Shown: positions 60,139 through 64,000 of the stretch, in pieces | Layout of the letters: each line of letters opens with the position of its first letter | How positions within the stretch are numbered: position 1 is the stretch's first letter | Virus record (IMG/VR): IMGVR_UViG_3300043013_000026 | Location: 32,001-96,000 of that record | DNA length: 64,000 bases | Reading direction: 5' to 3' (one strand) | Source: a virus | Taxonomy: Duplodnaviria > Caudoviricetes | The notes under the pieces: generated by a model | What the model was told of the DNA's origin: nothing | The model's input: the letters and a program-made list of their open reading frames with translations, nothing else | The model's database searches: none | Program-made: the position numbers and the translations under genes

Positions 60139-60498
60139 TTATGAGTTCGGTTTGTTCCCCATCAAGTCCACTGCCAGACCATTGGGGCATCTCTCGTCAA
60201 ACCAATGCCAAATGCTATATCGGTCAGTTCCTTTCTCGAAGAATAGAAAATCTTCTTCAATACATTCATCCTTGTCAATCGGAACATCTTCCAGCAACTC
60301 CCACATTTCAGGCAACGTCATCAGCTTAACGTGACTGTTACATGAATTGCAGTAATTGTTGTCTTCATCGTAGAAAGAGCCTACATACTCCTCTATTTCT
60401 CCGGTTGCATCGTTAACCCAAGCCAATGAACTTACATTACTTGAGCCGCATTGAGGGCAGTAACGAGTAAATAAGAATTTGTCCATTATCATTTGCAT
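60139..60498 (-). CDS. hypothetical protein with Zn ribbon
   Basis: CPQC...CNSC; FEKGTDRYSIWHWFDE. Confidence 0.65.
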   Translation of the reverse strand: MQMIMDKFLFTRYCPQCGSSNVSSLAWVNDATGEIEEYVGSFYDEDNNYCNSCNSHVKLMTLPEMWELLEDVPIDKDECIEEDFLFFEKGTDRYSIWHWFDERCPNGLAVDLMGNKPNS

Positions 60499-60503
60499 TT
60501 AAC

Positions 60504-60541
60504 GCCGGGGCAGAAAACTGCCCCGGCAGGAAGATTAAAGA
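60504..60541 (-). promoter_or_regulatory. DGR target-recognition element downstream of VR2: TCTTTAATCTTCCTG plus hairpin GCCGGGGCAG-TTTT-CTGCCCCGGC
   Basis: Same 15-mer and a similarly placed hairpin as after VR1. Confidence 0.75.
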
Positions 60542-61222
60542 TTAAACCTTACATGCTACAGCAGGGCGAACAACGTAAGTGTTGTACTTGTTGTAGTAGC
60601 CGCCGCTATAACCATTGCCGAAATTGACGTACCACGAGTTGTAGGATGAGTTCTCGGTGGATGACCAATGGTATTCCTTGCGAAGAGGAGAACCACCTAC
60701 CGCTTCCAGTGCGGCATTGACAGCTTTGACATTTAGGAGAATGAGATATAATTGGGCGAGGGATGGGATGTATTGATTAGGCTGGAGATCAATCTCTGGA
60801 TTGAGCGCTTCACCGTAATCAGCGGTGTTATCTTCGCCTCTCCAGTCTGAGATAGCATCGAAGAAATCGCTGTGGAAGAACTCAGGCGTACCACATTCTT
60901 CAACGGTAGTAAGAGCTACTTCTTCACCATCGCAAGCATCGTGAAGCGCAACGGTAGCGATTTTGTCACCCATCCTGACAGCCACTCCGACCACAGAATC
61001 CTTAATAGCTTCCACGTTTTCAAGGACCGTCAGTGAGCCATTGTTGAGTACGTAATAAACACCGTCAGTGTTGTTGAGCTGAGAGGGAGCCACTTGAGAA
61101 ACGGGTGTCTTACCATTGCCTATAATAAAATCAAAGCACTCTTTTGCTTTGGCGACATCATAATTGAGTCGTTCTACGAGTGTAGCCCTGAAAGACTGCA
61201 CCGGATTAAGTTTTATTTCCAT
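60542..61222 (-). CDS. DGR target 2 (DUF1566/CLec-like domain protein)
   Basis: YIPSLAQL...YHWSSTE...VVRPAVA; 3' end matches the TR. Confidence 0.9.
   Translation of the reverse strand: MEIKLNPVQSFRATLVERLNYDVAKAKECFDFIIGNGKTPVSQVAPSQLNNTDGVYYVLNNGSLTVLENVEAIKDSVVGVAVRMGDKIATVALHDACDGEEVALTTVEECGTPEFFHSDFFDAISDWRGEDNTADYGEALNPEIDLQPNQYIPSLAQLYLILLNVKAVNAALEAVGGSPLRKEYHWSSTENSSYNSWYVNFGNGYSGGYYNKYNTYVVRPAVACKV
60555..60673 (-). repeat. DGR variable repeat VR2
   Basis: Matches the TR except at adenines, plus one extra NNC codon. Confidence 0.93.
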
Positions 61223-61251
61223 TGTTGTAATCAGTTTGATTGTTTATTTAC

Positions 61252-61278
61252 GAATAGATTTGTTGTTCGTTTTAGGGG
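61252..61278 (-). promoter_or_regulatory. putative late promoter CCC-N18-CTATTC
   Basis: Shared motif upstream of DGR target 2. Confidence 0.55.
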
Positions 61279-61308
61279 TGAAAAGATGTACACTTTAACA
61301 CGGGATTA

Positions 61309-61339
61309 TAAAAAAGACCGAGCGTTTCCACTCGGTCTT
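61309..61339 (-). terminator. intrinsic terminator
   Basis: AAGACCGAG...CTCGGTCTT stem with U-tract on the minus strand. Confidence 0.65.
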
Positions 61340-61362
61340 CCAAACCTCAGAAAATGTACTTA

Positions 61363-61950
61363 TCACTCTTCAAACTCTATTTGGTAAAGAGCATAGTCTT
61401 CAACATCAGAAGCGTTAACATATTGCTCAAGAACATCTTGCACGTCCTCGAATGTCTTAGCTCCTTTGATTCCGGTGGCACGCTCAACCGCTTTGATGAG
61501 TTCTTTCAGCGATGAATAATAATTTCCATCATCGCCGTCAAATCCTTCCATATAGAAGTAGTAGCGTTCATCGAAATACACACTGTTAACATCGTTAGTC
61601 ACCCAATACTCACACCCGAACTCCTCAGATATGTAGTAAAGCTTCACACCTGGGAATTTCTCTTCAATCAGGTGTCTTGTTCCATCAGCCTCTGCCCATG
61701 CGGTTTCCGTAAAGAACGAGAGGTGAGTTTCGTCGTCACGAGTCACTTCGGTATAATATCCTCGGCATCGCACCTCATTGTAGTCTCCACCAAGAGCGGC
61801 TACGATATTGCCAAGCCAATTAGCACCGAAATCGTTTTCTATTAGCCCTGAGCCCGGCATTGCATCCAAGCACACCATCATATCTTCCAGTCGCTGTATT
61901 TGTTCTTTCGGGCCTTCAGCGACGTATGATGAAAAACACCAATTAGGCAT
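61363..61950 (-). CDS. hypothetical protein (MPNWC...F.TAW family)
   Basis: MPNWC start and TETAW motif common in phage accessory proteins. Confidence 0.65.
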   Translation of the reverse strand: MPNWCFSSYVAEGPKEQIQRLEDMMVCLDAMPGSGLIENDFGANWLGNIVAALGGDYNEVRCRGYYTEVTRDDETHLSFFTETAWAEADGTRHLIEEKFPGVKLYYISEEFGCEYWVTNDVNSVYFDERYYFYMEGFDGDDGNYYSSLKELIKAVERATGIKGAKTFEDVQDVLEQYVNASDVEDYALYQIEFEE

Positions 61951-62530
61951 CGTCTTCAGTATTTAAGCGTTCAAGTCCAACATATTCACAAGTATAGATG
62001 AGGGAGAGACGGAAATCGTCGTAGTCCAAGTGCTTTCCCAGAGCGTTAGCTACATGCTTCAACTCTTCATCTGAGATGTTTGAATTAAAGCCGACAGCTT
62101 CAATGTCATCACGGGTTAAGTACTTCACAGGAACACCGTCTTCAGTCTCGGAAACATCTTTAACATCGTCCGTTTCCGGAATTAAACTGGTGATGAAACT
62201 GATGTGGCTAAACTCAACCGAATCAAGCGATTGTTCATCAGCAGGAGTATCGCCAGATTTGCGGAAGCCGTATATCTCAGGGGTGCCATACTCATTGACT
62301 CTGACACGTGAGATATAATAATCTTCGCTTTCATCGTTGTAGCGGTTAGAACCGAGAATGATAGGAGCGTTTTCGTCTTCGTCATTCTCAAACCATTTAT
62401 CTTCAGCGTCATCACTATCGCAGTCGATGAAGATAAATTCGCCGCCATGAGCATTTACGGCGGCAGCAAGCTCACGACGCTCCTGGGCGTCAAGCTCTTT
62501 GTATTTCTTGTATAAATCAGTACATTTCAT
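61943..62530 (-). CDS. acidic hypothetical protein
   Basis: ORF; likely start MKCTD. Confidence 0.6.
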   Translation of the reverse strand: MKCTDLYKKYKELDAQERRELAAAVNAHGGEFIFIDCDSDDAEDKWFENDEDENAPIILGSNRYNDESEDYYISRVRVNEYGTPEIYGFRKSGDTPADEQSLDSVEFSHISFITSLIPETDDVKDVSETEDGVPVKYLTRDDIEAVGFNSNISDEELKHVANALGKHLDYDDFRLSLIYTCEYVGLERLNTEDDA

Positions 62531-62828
62531 TTGTTTGTAAATTTTGAGAGTAAACATCTGCCCAGATTTCGTAAATATCCGCACCCTTCATTTCACAAAG
62601 CTCTTGCGCTTCTTCCATGAGGCTATTGAAATAGTCACATTCTTCAGGGGCGAATACTGGGAAACCGGTGTTAAGGTCAACGTATTCTTCAAACGGGTCA
62701 TCCGGGTGAGAATTTGTTTTTCGAGTGTATAGGAGATATTCAGCAAAATTCCGAACATCTCCTATGTTACGCATTTTAGTCGGGAACTTCGGGCTCATTC
62801 GTCTTGATAGGTTGTGTCGAGCTCCCAC
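62517..62828 (-). CDS. hypothetical protein
   Basis: ORF with HPDDPFEEY motif; start uncertain. Confidence 0.55.
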   Translation of the reverse strand: MGARHNLSRRMSPKFPTKMRNIGDVRNFAEYLLYTRKTNSHPDDPFEEYVDLNTGFPVFAPEECDYFNSLMEEAQELCEMKGADIYEIWADVYSQNLQTNEMY

Positions 62829-63331
62829 TCACCAGCCTCAAAAGAACTGAGAGGAATCTCGCGGTTTTTCATCATTTCTTCCACGATGTCTTCAGCCTCG
62901 TACTTGTCCTTGGCAATCACCTTTATGGAGCGCTGGAAGGTCCAGTAAATGTCCACGTTAAAAGATGACGGAGGCAGCGGGCTTTCATCAACAAAGCAGC
63001 CGTACCATTCTTTAAGCGTTTTCTCGTTGTCATAGTACTCGTGGCATAGCTCCAGATAAGCAGTTTCGCAATCGCGATCGTATTGAGCAGGATTAGCTTC
63101 GTCCTTTGTAACCGAAGCACAAGCCTTTTCCCAAAGATGATCTTCCTTGGCAAGCTCCTCAGTGTAAGAGTCCCAGAAACTTGTGAAAAAATCACATACA
63201 GCTTGCTCAGCGATGCCGAACTTGTTGTAATAATCGGAAACATACATGCTTCCGAGAACTATTTGTTGACGTAACGGCCAGAGATATTCTTCTTTTAGCC
63301 AGCCGTTTTCAAAATAATCAGCCGTTTTCAT
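62795..63331 (-). CDS. hypothetical protein
   Basis: ORF. Confidence 0.6.
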   Translation of the reverse strand: MKTADYFENGWLKEEYLWPLRQQIVLGSMYVSDYYNKFGIAEQAVCDFFTSFWDSYTEELAKEDHLWEKACASVTKDEANPAQYDRDCETAYLELCHEYYDNEKTLKEWYGCFVDESPLPPSSFNVDIYWTFQRSIKVIAKDKYEAEDIVEEMMKNREIPLSSFEAGEWELDTTYQDE

Positions 63332-63633
63332 TGTTGTGCATACTTTAAGAGAGATTGATAAAATTCTTCACCAAGGGCATCCCAGCTAATCATTTGCTGG
63401 AGGCCCTCATCAAACGCTCCGATTTGACCGGCGAAATAATACGCTTGGTCACGGATTTCATCAGAGATTTGCAAGCGTCGTTGCTTGTTTGTCTCACGCT
63501 TGTAATCCTCAAGGAGATCAGAAATAGGAGTCTCGTATTCACCGCAAACGCAGCAAACATACTCCATTCCATTAATGCTGTCGTCTAACAGGTCAATCTG
63601 TTCCCCATTAGGCATTGTAACGATTGGTTTCAT
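63328..63633 (-). CDS. hypothetical protein
   Basis: Coupled ORF. Confidence 0.6.
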   Translation of the reverse strand: MKPIVTMPNGEQIDLLDDSINGMEYVCCVCGEYETPISDLLEDYKRETNKQRRLQISDEIRDQAYYFAGQIGAFDEGLQQMISWDALGEEFYQSLLKYAQQ

Positions 63634-63980
63634 TCTAATCCTGGTATTTTAGGTAAGCTCCTTTCAAAGGCAATGCGGCGCTGTTCTGCATCGTAAGCCT
63701 CTGCATATTCAGACCACATTTCATTGTATTCATCCCAGTCAAGAACGATGAACTTCGGTCCCCAGCTCTTGTTGGGATTTTCATATCGGTGAGGGTGCTC
63801 ATTTGCCCAGTCCGTATAGACTTTGCCATACTTCTGGTACACTTCCCATTCAGCCTTAGCGTCATCGCTTTCAGGGCGTGGATAGTGTAGGTCTGTCTCT
63901 GTGCTAACGTAGGAATAAATATCCCAGTTGAGCTGCTTGAGACATCCGGGGCAAACAGCGTTAGCGAGGTAGCCAATCAT
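63630..63980 (-). CDS. hypothetical protein
   Basis: Coupled ORF. Confidence 0.55.
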   Translation of the reverse strand: MIGYLANAVCPGCLKQLNWDIYSYVSTETDLHYPRPESDDAKAEWEVYQKYGKVYTDWANEHPHRYENPNKSWGPKFIVLDWDEYNEMWSEYAEAYDAEQRRIAFERSLPKIPGLE

Positions 63981-64000
63981 GCAGGAAATATAGCGGTCAT

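Overview
A 64-kb segment of a large temperate phage of a Bacteroidales host, inferred from TAnnTTTG promoters and an attP core matching a Bacteroidota tRNA-Phe 3' end. Gene order: tail/baseplate genes with a complete diversity-generating retroelement (DGR: 2.2-kaa target with VR 6883-7010, avd, TR 7715-7842, RT); nucleotide metabolism (ThyX, class II RNR); replication/recombination (SSB, Mre11/Rad50-like, RuvC, ECF sigma, DnaB, primase, a fractured DnaE, DnaQ-like exonuclease); lysis and packaging (terminase with a class 3 intein); integrase with an intact attP; then a minus-strand accessory arm. Most striking: a second, non-DGR reverse transcriptase (58359-59621, minus) is directly followed by a ~1.1-kb array of seven ~160-bp units. 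Each unit has a different long GC-rich hairpin, a shared degenerate motif and covarying 5'/3' end pairing, like a polycistronic cassette of retron-like template RNAs. Also notable: a second DGR target 53 kb from the TR; a DnaE split by what looks like a splicing-dead split intein, with a stop/frameshift in its catalytic motif; and a CCC-N18-CTATTC putative late-promoter motif. All alignments and counts were done by eye; no database searches were run.
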